In this document: positions 45,906 to 57,149 of the stretch, in pieces
Position numbering within the stretch: position 1 is the stretch's first letter
Layout: every line of letters starts with the position of its first letter
Source: Macrostomum lignano
Lineage: Eukaryota
Assembly: GCA_002269645.1 (NCBI GenBank)
Contig: NIVC01000277.1
Span: forward strand, 104,622 to 168,621
DNA: 64,000 nucleotides
Reading direction: 5' to 3'
Translations under genes and position numbers: made by a program
Notes under the pieces: model-generated
The model's input: the letters and a program-made list of their open reading frames with translations, nothing else
The model's database searches: none
Told to the model about the DNA's origin: nothing

Positions 45906-48900
45906 TGTTGTGACACTATACGAATGTTTCCAGTATAGTATAAAGTTAGTATAAAATAATGTTTACTAATGTACTTCTTCTGGGAACTTCTGCGCCCTCC
46001 CTCTAGCTATACTAGAAATAGTAAAATTCTAGAAACTTCTCTTGCACATCCCAAGGCTATAAATAGAAACACCCTATACTGTACTAAAACCAAGACTCTC
46101 TCTTACTTGCTCTCTCTTCTTTGCAGTCTAATTGCTTACTGCTACAAATACACACTTCTTGCTACTAAGCATTCTTGGATTATTGGATTATCAACCATAA
46201 TCATTATATATCATAACCTATGATATTATGATATAGTGCCTAAGAAGTAACAACTATTTTATACACGAATATGGTATTTCTTAGAAAGCTTTTATTCAAA
46301 TTTGCACGAAAAACTAAATATTTTGTTTAAACGTTGTGATCTGCAAAAATATTTTCGAAAATTATTATTTTGTTAAAATTTACGCCGAAAAAGTGTATAA
46401 ATAGGAGCCCAGTTTGGGCCAGGAATAATAAACTCGAAACGCGAATCGCTTTGCTTCACTTCAACTCGTTTCGTATTCGTTTGCTGCCTCTTGGCTTCAG
46501 ATAAGCAAACCTAGAAATTGTTACTCGCAGTATTTTTAAGACTTAGTTATTTGCTAAGATTGAAATCCTCACATTGAGAGTCAGAAATCCGCTAAAAGCG
46601 AGAATCGCCTCAGGGTAGGAAAGTGCTATATTCGCCTCAGGGCAGAAGAATTGCTTCAGAGCAGGAATAAACGCCTCAGGGCAGAGATTTCGCTTTAGAG
46701 CTGTGACCCTCTGATCCCGGGAACGCCAGGACTGAGAGAATAATATCTTTAGAGGAATATAGGAATAGAATAGCCAGTGCTAGTAGACCACTCAGGCTAG
46801 AAAGTACAATAGAAGTACATACGCTACCAATAGAAATACAATTAACAACCAGTAGAATTGTTAAGGAGAAATAGCTTTGTAACAACTTTGGTTACAGCAG
46901 TAGGATTTTGTATTGTACGGGAGCACCCCTACGACAACTTTGGTGGCAGCAAGTAAGGCTAGACAAAGGAATAAATAAGAGCCCTGGGACAATTATATCA
47001 TTATATATCATTATATATCATTATCATAACCATTATCAACCATAATCTAAGGTCTCTGTTTGTTCTTTTACCAAAGATACAATAGGGATTTTCTGGCATT
47101 GCAAGCAGGATTTTGATAGCCTTCGAGGACTTCTACTCTACAACAGTCATTGCAATTGAGGCATCAAGCTACCATGACTAAGAAGTGATCAACCTTCTTT
47201 GCAGCAACAGATGGAAAAAGAGTGCCAGCAGCGGGATGCCGATTGGCAGATGATGCTAGACCTACTCCGGTCTCTAAAATCAGTAGGTGAATTTCTGACT
47301 GTGCCTACACCTGTACAGTTGACAACTGCGACTCCAAGTTTCTCTGTTTGACCCTACTTCCAAGCTATGGCCCGACTACTAGGCCAGATTCTGCACCTTC
47401 ACCGGGGCAAACTTCATCCTGAAGGAAAAAAGGCGCAAGTATTTCTAATGAATCAGTCACCAACTACCTACAAACTGCTGACAAATCTTGCTGCTCAACA
47501 GGATCCACCCAAGGACGTCAACAAACTTTTAATGGACCAAATTGCAGAGTTCATGAAGGATCAGTACAATCCATGGCACTTTATTGTGCGGGAACATTTC
47601 AAGTTCTAGAGCGACATGCAGAGGAAGCCCAGCAAGACCATCCAGGAGCTAGCAGCAAAGATTTACCAGGATGTCGCCACCTGCGATTTTTCTTCTATCA
47701 AGGACTTGCTGGACAAGGCCTTTTGCGCCCGTTTCATCTGCTCAGTCAGAAACGAGGCTGTGCTGAAGGTGCTATTGAAGGTCAAATTAGAAGAGCTCAC
47801 CTTTGCCCATGCTGTCAAAGTTGCCCTTGAGACAGAGGATGCTACCTGTGTTGCCAAGGAAACTGTCTATGGCGATAAGGCCAGCCCTGTGAACAAGGTC
47901 AAGCAAGGTGGCCGACAGTCTAGTGCTGTGCCCGCGAAGCCCCATACTATGTCTACCTGTTCTAGGTTTGGTCCAGGCACTACATCTAGTTCATGCAACC
48001 GCTATGGAACAAAGAACCATCATGCAACCAACTGCCACATTAAGGATGCCACTTGTTGCCATTGCCAGAAGGTAGGCCATCTAGAAGCCATTTGCTGTTC
48101 AAAGGCCAGTGGCCTTTGGGTCAGGGGTTAGGGTCCTAAGTGAAAATTAGTGAAAAAGGTCAGTGAAAAATTGGTCTTCTCTAACTCTATAAGGTCTATA
48201 AGTCTTAAAATTAATTGTTAATTAATGAAAAAAGTGAAATAAAAAATTGCAAATCAGTCAACTCAGACTTTTAAAATGCTTTTTTGTGGTTTTTTACTTA
48301 TTTATTCAACAATATAAAATAAAGCATGAAAACAAGACTCGAGACTTATCTGTCTTTCAAAAAGCTTTTTTAGATACATTAGGCCTACCTTCCATTGAAT
48401 GTTTGCCTGCAGATTTGTTTTACCATTTTATCTCATGTTTTTGGATTTGGCCATGCATAACATAGTCATAGTTGAAAACTTGTTTAGTCTTAGCATATAA
48501 ATGTCCTATACTTTTCCCTCACTAGACCTAGTGTACACTAATAGTAATACACAATCCAAACTATGGGTCTCAACTAATAGAGGACATTACCTTATATAAT
48601 ATATGTTAAATTAATAATATAATATATTAATTAATATAAAACTTGATCAATTATTATAAATATATTTTTATAATATATTTTACCTAATTTAAAATGATTC
48701 AACGAACTTGAAGGCTCATCGAATGTATGGTAAAAGAGTGCGAACAAGCTCCTTTGTTACACATACCGAATAGCAGTCTTTACTCTTAACCAGTCCAAAC
48801 TTAACAGAGTAAAAAACTTAACCACTTATACTATTTACAGATAAGGCAGCTAAGGTTCCACATCCGACAGACAGAAGCGAGAGACCACCATCAAAATAAT

Positions 48901-51350
48901 GGCTGTCCGACTTCTGGTCCCCACTCCCCACCACCCCTATTCTCACTCCGATTGTGCGGGGGGCTTTGGCTTTTTGGGGTGGGGGGGTTGGCGGCCGCGA
49001 GAGCGGCCTGCGAGCCCGGCCCTGCGTGAGGGCCTCACGATCGATAAAAACAGGGAGGAGGTGTTCATTAGGTTCTATTAGGTTCTATTAGGGGGGGGGG
49101 GGGGTCGCCAGTGTCTCCTGGGCTCCTAGGGTCCTCCGTCGCACTGTACAGTCAGGTCTAATTTAGGGTGGTCGCTGGTCAGTCGCCCTAATTTAAACAA
49201 AGAACATGAGGGGTTGGAAAATCGCGATGTTAATGACTGTGCTTTCTCTCTGATTTCTTTATTTCCTCTAAGCTTTTTGATTTGAAATATCTATTTGATT
49301 TTCTTCATGTCATTCCTTATTTCTTACGGTTGAGGGTTTTCTTTTGCTCTGTCCGAGTCTGTGACTGATCCTCATTGCCGATTGAAAAGATGATCAGAGA
49401 AAAATCATTAAGTTTAATTCAAGCTTTGATTTAGAAATTAAATATTGAAGTAACGGTTGGTTGGTTTGGGGTAGTTCATTTGAACTTTCCCTCTGTTTCA
49501 AACCCAGCTAAAATCAGGGGGCCTCGACTCTCGACCTTGCGCAGATCAGAAGCCCCCTCCCCGCTATTCGAAAGAGCTCATTCTCAGCATTATCAGGACA
49601 CCCTTTTAGATACCCAGCATAGGGTTGGTGACAGAACTACATGTACTTTAAGCAGTCTCCACCTTCAAAACTCATTGTAGTAGTTGGGATTAGAAAAGTG
49701 GGATCTTGCTATTGGACCACAACCCAAGCTACCAATTCTCCATCTAGATCGGGTGCCTCTGGGAGGGTGAGGTGAGGTCTGATCGTCTTCTAACCTGGTA
49801 TCAGTACCTCGGACCATGGCTCTGTAAGCTATCATTCCCCAGGTTACATCACAATCAAGTGTGGTTCTCCTGAGCTGAGCTGATACTGGCATGTAAAAAA
49901 GCCCGTCTAATACGCCAGCCCGCACATAACACTCCAATTCAGAGCTTACTGTCAGTTTCTTGTTAGCAAATTATTTGTTCTGTTCTACTTTATTATTGAA
50001 AGCCCTTTAAAATCAAATTAGATGGCTTCGTAAACCAAAATTGCACCAACAAAAAGTTGAAACTTTTTTAATCCCTGGATCCCGGGATCCCGACCCAATC
50101 CCGACCCAATTGACGCTGAATCATTGCCGTTTAAAAGTCCAGGTGACTCATAGTCTGCCGTTGAACAGACACCATGAGACAAATAGCCCAGCGGAAATCT
50201 GGAGCCCTAGAGAGACAATAGCCCAGGGGAATTCTAGGCCGGGCAAGACGTTTTTCCCAATTCCGCTTAGTACCGGATCGCTGGTCCGCGAGATACTACT
50301 CATTAGTAAGAAGACTCAAACCGGAGCTAACAAATAATTTAATATTCAAGCCGTTAAGTTTATGTAATTTCACACCTATTTCATTTGTTGTCATCAGCGG
50401 TGGAATTTAGCTATTAATTCCGGACAAGTTGATTATAATTTTAAGCCTCGTATTTCACTAGGATGTCTCAAAAACTTCAAAGCCAAGATTCGCCTTGTTG
50501 ACGGGAATAAAACCGTTTTATTGCGCAGTTAGGCCCGCGTTCCAATTCACCTGCGAGACCGAGTTAACAAGGAACTCAGGTGAATGGAGGCTGAGCAGAT
50601 AATCGAGCCTGTTCCAGCCGGAGGGAGTCAGTGGGCCTCACCAATTGTCAGCGTGCTGAAACCTAACGGAAAGGTGCGCGTCTGTGCTGACTTCAAAGCA
50701 GGAGTTAATCATCAGGTGTGCAACGATACGTACCCGATGCCTGAGATGGAGACAATCTTTGCGGAGACCTCTGGAATGTCACAGTTCTCCAAAAATCGAC
50801 CTCTCGGATGCATATTTGCAATTTACAGATAGAGCTGCATGGACGAAGACAGCAGAGAGATCACCACCATCGCCACGCCTTTGGGCCTTTATCGCTATAA
50901 TTGAATCGTTCCCAGGCCTCAAATCAGCATCAAAAGGCAATAGAATCCGTCCTTACTGACTTCACCGGCAAGATAGTTTATCAGGACGACATTCTTCTCG
51001 GCGGAAAATCTGACTTATAGATCAACTCAAAGGTCCAAGACGTCATAGCTACCCAAAAAATGCAGGAATATCAATCAACTATTGGAAAATCAACCCTCAA
51101 GGCCAAGGAGTTCTCTTTCTCGGGTACAGAGTCAGCGAGAGAGGAATTTCTCCCGATCCAAATCTAGTCGATGGGATCCGCGCCTTCAAGACTCCTGGAG
51201 ACAAGAAGCATACTATGTAGAATCTTATCTTGGAAAATATTTTTTGGATAAGTTCACACTCGTTATTGACAACAATCAGTTCCTGACTTCTGCGTCAAAT
51301 ATGATTAAAAATCATTGTCAAAGCGATAAGTTAACGAAAATGAACTACTA
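45906..51350 (+). mobile_element. Degraded Ty3/Gypsy retrotransposon (K02A2.6-like) split by insertions
   Basis: Putative LTR with TATAAATA (46396) and AATAAA (46427), ending ACA before tRNA-Leu-like PBS sequences. Gag remnant ~47170-48131 (KKAQVFL..YKLL, RFICSVRN, CHCQKVGHLEAIC). RT/RH remnant ~50460-51330 (WASPIVSVLKPNGKVRVCADFK, YPMPEME, KIDLSDAYLQ, YQDD, FTLVID). Left boundary uncertain. Confidence 0.8.
49680..49822. repeat. Dispersed ~140-bp repeat, second copy at ~52071-52208
   Basis: TAGTTGG(G/T)ATTAGAA...GACCACAACC(C/A)AAGCTACCA(A/G)TTCTCCATCTAG...GGTGAGGTCTG...TCAGTACCTC occurs twice with moderate divergence. Confidence 0.75.
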
Positions 51351-51380
51351 AGATGGGAATGAGCTGACAGCATAAACCTC

Positions 51381-51559
51381 TCTCATATCTCAGTCCCCCA
51401 TATCTCAGTCTCCCATATCTCAGTCTCCCATATCTCAGTCTCCCATATCTCAGTCTCCCATATCTCAGTCTCCCATATCTCAGTCTCCCATATCTCAGTC
51501 TCCCATATCTCAGTCTCCCATATCTCAGTCTCCCATATCTCAGTCTCCCATATCTCAGT
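51381..51559. repeat. 15-bp tandem repeat
   Basis: CTCCCATATCTCAGT, about 11-12 near-perfect copies (source of the WETEI repeat ORF). Confidence 0.95.
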
Positions 51560-52836
51560 TAGGGAATACAAAATCCCGAGTTTGGCCCATCCCGGGATTT
51601 TTGGGATCGGGGACATCCCGGACTTCGAAAATCCCGGGATTCTGTTCCGTTAGCTGTTAGCAGCTCGTAAGGAGATTTTAATTTGGTGCAATAATGTACG
51701 TGCTTTATTTATTAGGGAATACAATCCCGGGATCACAATTGTCCGGTATTCGAAAATCCTGGGATCACAATTGTCCGGGATTCGAAAATCCCGGGATCGA
51801 CCATCGGGATCCCGTCCCACTTTGCAATAATTAAATCAGTCATTCTCGTGCAGTAGTATATCTGCAGCTGAGATACTTGTCAGGTGGAAATCATAACCCA
51901 GTTGTCCTACTTTGATTTATTAATCTTTTAATCATACAGGCTAGTGAGTAGAAGGCTATAGGGCTGCAGGGATGCAAAACAGAACCTGTTAGCAGATCGT
52001 AAGGATTTTTTTAAGGTGTAATAATGCAGAACAACTATAAGCAATCCCTGCCTTCAAAACTCCTTGATCATAGTTGGTATTAGAACGGTGGGACCTTGCT
52101 ATCAGACCACAACCAAAGCTACCAGTTCTCCATCTAGGACGGGTGCCCCTGGGAGGGGGTGAGGTCTGAACCCCTTATACCCTGGTGTCAGTACCTCTAA
52201 CCATAGCTCCTAACGCCTTGTCCATTAAAAAATTGTTTATTAAAAATAATTTTAGAACATATTCAAGCGTTATATTATTTACACAGCAATTCTGCTCATT
52301 GACTTCATATTATACTCCAACGCCTCACAATATTTTAAAGAAAATTAAAATAGAGGCCACCGCGTGCATTTTTTAAATAAAGCGATTTTTGAAAACTACT
52401 GCTAAACTTGTACAGTCAGAGTTACCTGCTTCTATTCATTGTTCTCTATAGGCTCAACTACGAAGATTCTAAACGATACACACTCGCCAGAGGGTATAGT
52501 CCAGTATAAAATGATAATTAAAAATGACCCTAAGTCTTTAATACCAGTTTCTCTCGTCTCCATAGGACAGGACAGGCTCGGCTAGTTAGGTGCAGTACGT
52601 GAGAGCGAAAGAGAGAGACGAGAGAGACGGTTAACAATTCGCTGTACAATCTCAAGCTCGTTGCTAAGGAGCCCTGGCACAGAGTCGGCGGTTAAATTGA
52701 ATAGATGAGAGGAGAGTGTGAGAGCCGCGCAGACGGAGTAATATAGGAGCGTAACTATCCCAGTAGCAATTTGCCTTCGCAATACAATCTGCCCGATTTT
52801 GAAAATTTTTATTGAGTTTTTGGGTTAAAAAACGTC

Positions 52837-55800
52837 ATGACTGAGCAGTCGGACGAGCTGGAGAAACAGAAGCAGGAAGAGGATGAGCAGAATCATCAGT
52901 CCCGGCTGCTGGCCCACTGCGAACTCGGGCAATACGACGAGATTGCGGGATTGCTGCGCAAGAGAAGAGGTCTGTTTCTGAACTGCGTCGATTCCGATGG
53001 GAACACGCCGCTGCACGTTGTGCGCGATTTGAAGTGAGTTTGGGTAGCATCATAAAGCTTACGGGCTCGGGAAGTTTAAGGGTTCATGAAGTTTAGCATC
53101 ATAAAGCTTAGGGCTCTGGAAGTTCATGAAGTTTAGTGTCATAAAGCTTAGGGCTCTGGAAGTTTAAGGGTTCATGAAGTTAAGCATCATAAAGCTTAGG
53201 GCTCTGGAAGTTTAGCGTCATGCAGTTTAGGGTTCATGAATTCATAAAGTTGAGGATTTATGAACTTAATTTGTTTAAACTTAAATCGTTGCGAACCCCC
53301 CCCCCGCTCCGCGATTTTAGATGCGCCGAGCTGCTGCTGGAATTCGGCGCCGGTCAATCGACGCTGAACCGGCAGAACCGCGACGGCGAGACGCCTCTGC
53401 TGCTAAACCTTCGACATGGCAACGTCCAACTGGCCGGCTTCTACCTTGACAACGGCGCCGATATCAGGCCGCCAAACAAGCACTTCCAGCACTGCCTGCA
53501 CGTGGCAGCCCACAGCGGATTGTCCAGTTTGCTGGACCGCCTGCTGGACATGCGGCAGCTCGACCCGAACCAGCCAGATCGGCGGGGCAACTCGACGCTG
53601 CACTACGCAGTGGCATTCGCCGACAAGGATGTCGCTGCTGAGATGCTGGGCAGGCTGTTGAAAGAGACTCAGGTTAGCTGGGACTTTTTCTACTGCCCTC
53701 TACAGCAAAAATGCGTTTGGCACAATTTTGATCCTGGGAGGCAGGGTGGCTCAGCGTTCTACGCATCCATTGACCCGGATGGATTGAAGGTGTTTTCACA
53801 AACAAACATGAGGGCCAACCCCCGAGGCACAGAGAGTGCACACGCCTGACGATTAGAAAGTCGCAAGGGCCGGTGTACACCCTGAGTGAGCCTGTGAATG
53901 AGTGCTGTGCCTGCGTACAGTAATGGCGCTTGTATGTTGCTCAGGAGTCAGCGGAATGAATAGGCAGAATTGCCGTCAGCGCTGCATGTCGGACGATTTC
54001 GCCGACGATGGGCACCCTAGTTTCGTCCGGAAACCACAGGCCTCCTGCGAGTATTTATTCTTTGTTATACTCGTAATGATAATAACCGGCAGCTCAGCCG
54101 CAGCCATTGCGCGGCGCATCTGAAGGCTGCGTACGGCTGTTCAGTCCAAGGACTGGGGGGGGGGAGGTCGCTACATAGACCCTCAATTACCCCAGCTAAT
54201 GCTGGCACCCATTTTACAGCTGGGTGAACTGAAACATTGCAGAGTTAAGTGTCTTGCTCAAGGTCGAATCGCCGACCTTTCCAGTTGTGAGTCAGACGCT
54301 CTAACCACTTGGCTATCACCCCTGTTTGTTATAACCCTAACTCTAGCCTTCCCTTTGAGCTATCGCATGGCAGCCTCCCCACTGATGCTGAGCAACTATC
54401 TCTGGGCAGCAACTCAGCAACTCTGAATTGATATTACGCAGGTGTCCACAGACACTGAGGACTCTCTCGGCAGGACCGCCTTCACCCTGGCCGCTCAGTC
54501 GGACAACTTGGCCGCCTGCCGGCTGCTCCGCGACCGAGGCTGCGACCTCTGCCACGCCGACTTCAACGGGGCCGACGCTTTGCACGTCGCCTCGGCCACA
54601 GCCAGCCAGGAGATGGTCCGCTATCTGGTTGCCGATCTCGCCTTCTCCGTTGATCGCTGCGACAAATTGGGCCGTTCGCCACTGTTCTACGCTGTGCACC
54701 ACGCTCGGGAAGACAACGCACAGCAGCTGTTGACGCTCGGTGCCGAAGCAAACAGGCCCGACCGGTGCGGCCGCACCGCCATTCACGTGGCCGCTGAGAA
54801 GGTGAGAGGGAATGTCAGTTGTATCTTGAATAAACTCGTCGTTGAAGGTTTCTATAAGAACTGCTTCCATCTGGTACAATACACATGCGTCTCCTGCAAA
54901 AAATCTCACCAAAACATTTGCCTATCAAACTAAAATACGCTAGGGTCTCGACGCCCTCCTAGACGTGTTGCTAAGCAACGGTGGCGACGCTTCGCAGGCT
55001 GACATGCGCGGCCAGACGCCGCTGCACCTGGCCGCAATCAACGGTCGCTACAACTTCGTGAAGCGTCTGTTGCAGTGGCGACGCGACCTAGGTGACGACG
55101 CCTCGGACGACTTCATCGGCGCTACCGATGCAGACGGCAAAACGGCTCGACAGCTCGCGTTGGACAATGGACATCAGCAGGTGGCGAACTTGCTCGGCAG
55201 CGCTGCCGGCCCGGCAAAGCCCACCGACAGGTCCTATCCGAGGCCACAATCGGGCAAGCAGAAGCGCGAAACTCAAGCTGAAGCTCGGGAGCAGCAGAAA
55301 CAGGAGCTAGAAGCGGCTGAGATCGAGCGGAAGAAGGCGAAGAAACGACAGGACAAAGAAACTGAAAAGAAGCAGAAGGAAGAGGAGGAGAAGATAAGAA
55401 AGCAGCAGCAGGAAGAGCAAGAGCAACAGGAAGCTGCACGCGAGGCGTTAGAAAAGCAGGAGCAAAAAAGCGAAGAGAAACAGGCAGAAGCAGAGGAACA
55501 CGCGGACAGCAAGGCCGTTGATGAAAGCGGCCAAGAGAGAAACAAAGACGAGGAGGACAGAAAATCTTCAGACGAAAAAACAGACAAAACAGCTGAAGCG
55601 CCCAAGCGGTCGCGCAGTCGATCGTCCTCTTCCTCCAGCCATTCAAAATCGCGCTCGTCCTCGTCTTCATCCTCTTCGGCGTCATCCGTCGGTCGTCTGG
55701 ACAACGACGGTGGCAACATCTCAGACGGCAATGAACGGTCGGACAAAGAAGATCCCTACCTGACAGCCAAGCCGTCCTGGATCAACGGAGACGAAGATAA

Positions 55801-56563
55801 GGGAGCAGGGACTGAAAAGCGTCAACAGCAGCAAAAGCAGCACCAGCAGCACCAGCACCAATCGCGTCGCCTTCGTCGCAGTCAGAAAGAGCCACCAAAC
55901 ATCGTGGCCCTTCGACGCCGACTGTACATGTACGACAGCACCGTGATGTTGGGCCGATCGATGAACGAGGAGCGACGCGAACGAATGTACCTGCGAGGCG
56001 GTCTGGGCGCCGGCGATACAGAGGGATATCCTCCCAGCAAGCCGCAGAGGCACAATCGGCGTGGCCAACAACAGCAGCAGCAGAGGGAGCGGCCATCGAC
56101 TGCGGTGGAGGCCGAGCGACTCACTGACCGGTACCGGGACATCAACCAGGACACCCGCCAGCTGCTGGAGAAGTGGCGCCAGGAGAGCAGCAACGACAAC
56201 AACAAAAACGGTGGTAGCGGCGGCGGCGGCGGCGGCGACTCCTCTAGTCGATCGGCTCGACCCGTGAGTGGTCGTTCAGGCTCCGGCGGGTATCCACGAC
56301 CGAGATCTCAGCATCATCAACAGCAGCAGCGGCAGCCGCAGCCGCAGCCTCCGCCGTACCGCCGCCCACAGAGTGGCAGCCGTTTCCTCGACTATTTTCC
56401 CAACAACGTCAGCGGCAGCGGCGCGGGCGGCAAAGATCAAACTAAGCGGCAGCAGCGACCAGCAACAGCAGCCGTCGACAACGAGGAGGTCGGACGTCGT
56501 CGGGGTCGACGCAGATCGAGGTCCAGAAGACGCGGCCTCGGTTACCACTGGGGCTATCGATGA
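52837..56563 (+). CDS. Ankyrin-repeat protein with coiled-coil and low-complexity C-terminus (842 aa, 4 exons)
   Basis: Exons 52837-53033, 53321-53672, 54442-54801 and 54944-56563 have GT-AG sites and phases 2, 0, 0. Repeated ankyrin motifs: GNTPLH, GETPLL, GNSTLHYA, GRTAFTLAA, GADALHVA, GRSPLFYA, GRTAIHVAA, GQTPLHLAA, GKTARQLA. Confidence 0.9.
54150..54322 (-). mobile_element. tRNA-derived SINE with CORE-like central domain (in intron 2)
   Basis: Minus strand: A-box-like TAGCCAAGTGGTTAGAGCG, degenerate B box, then CCTTGAGCAAGACACTTAAC...CAGCTGTAAAATGGG, which resembles the MIR/CORE consensus. Confidence 0.7.
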
Positions 56564-57149
56564 GTAATGAAATAATAATATTAATAACAATCAGCACTCG
56601 ATTATACATAAATCGATGCTTTACCCCGTTCTATAAAATTCTTATCTTTTTTATACGTATAAAAGATACCCAATCCAGTGGGCCCATTTACGCGAGTGTA
56701 AGCCAGATTGATTGTTGGTGGTTAGCCACTGTTTTATCTTTATATGCACTCACTGTCTATCACGAAAGACACGTCTAAGTGCCTTAATGCTGCTCAAGCC
56801 ACTGTTTCTAATAATTTTCTAAAGAAAACTACATTACGTGCGAGTTCCAGGTATAAATGTTCATCCAAAAGGGACAGGAATTGGTCGATCTTTTATTTGG
56901 AGCACATTTGGCTCGTAAACTATCAATCTTAATAGCTCCTGGCTGGGAAGTAAACCGAGAATAGAATAAAAAAATTTTTAACGGAATTTTGATTTGCACA
57001 CCTGTAAAAGGCATTGCGAAATCGCTGCAATTTGTTTATTACACGCATGGAAATCAGATTTTATCATAAGAAAGCAATTAGACCCCCAGTACTGCATTGG
57101 CGCAGGCAGAGTGAGCGTGTCTGTGGGGGGGCCGCGCCCCCAATCGCCA

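Noticed and set aside
50372-50402. Minus-strand CTGATGA...GAAA hammerhead-like core
   Set aside because: The intervening CAACAAAT cannot form stem II, and flanking stems were not found. The same applies to other CTGATGA hits.
51560-51818. ATCCCGGGAT-rich repeats (also ~50075-50110)
   Set aside because: They look like common MITE subterminal repeats, but termini and TSD could not be defined, so no element is called.
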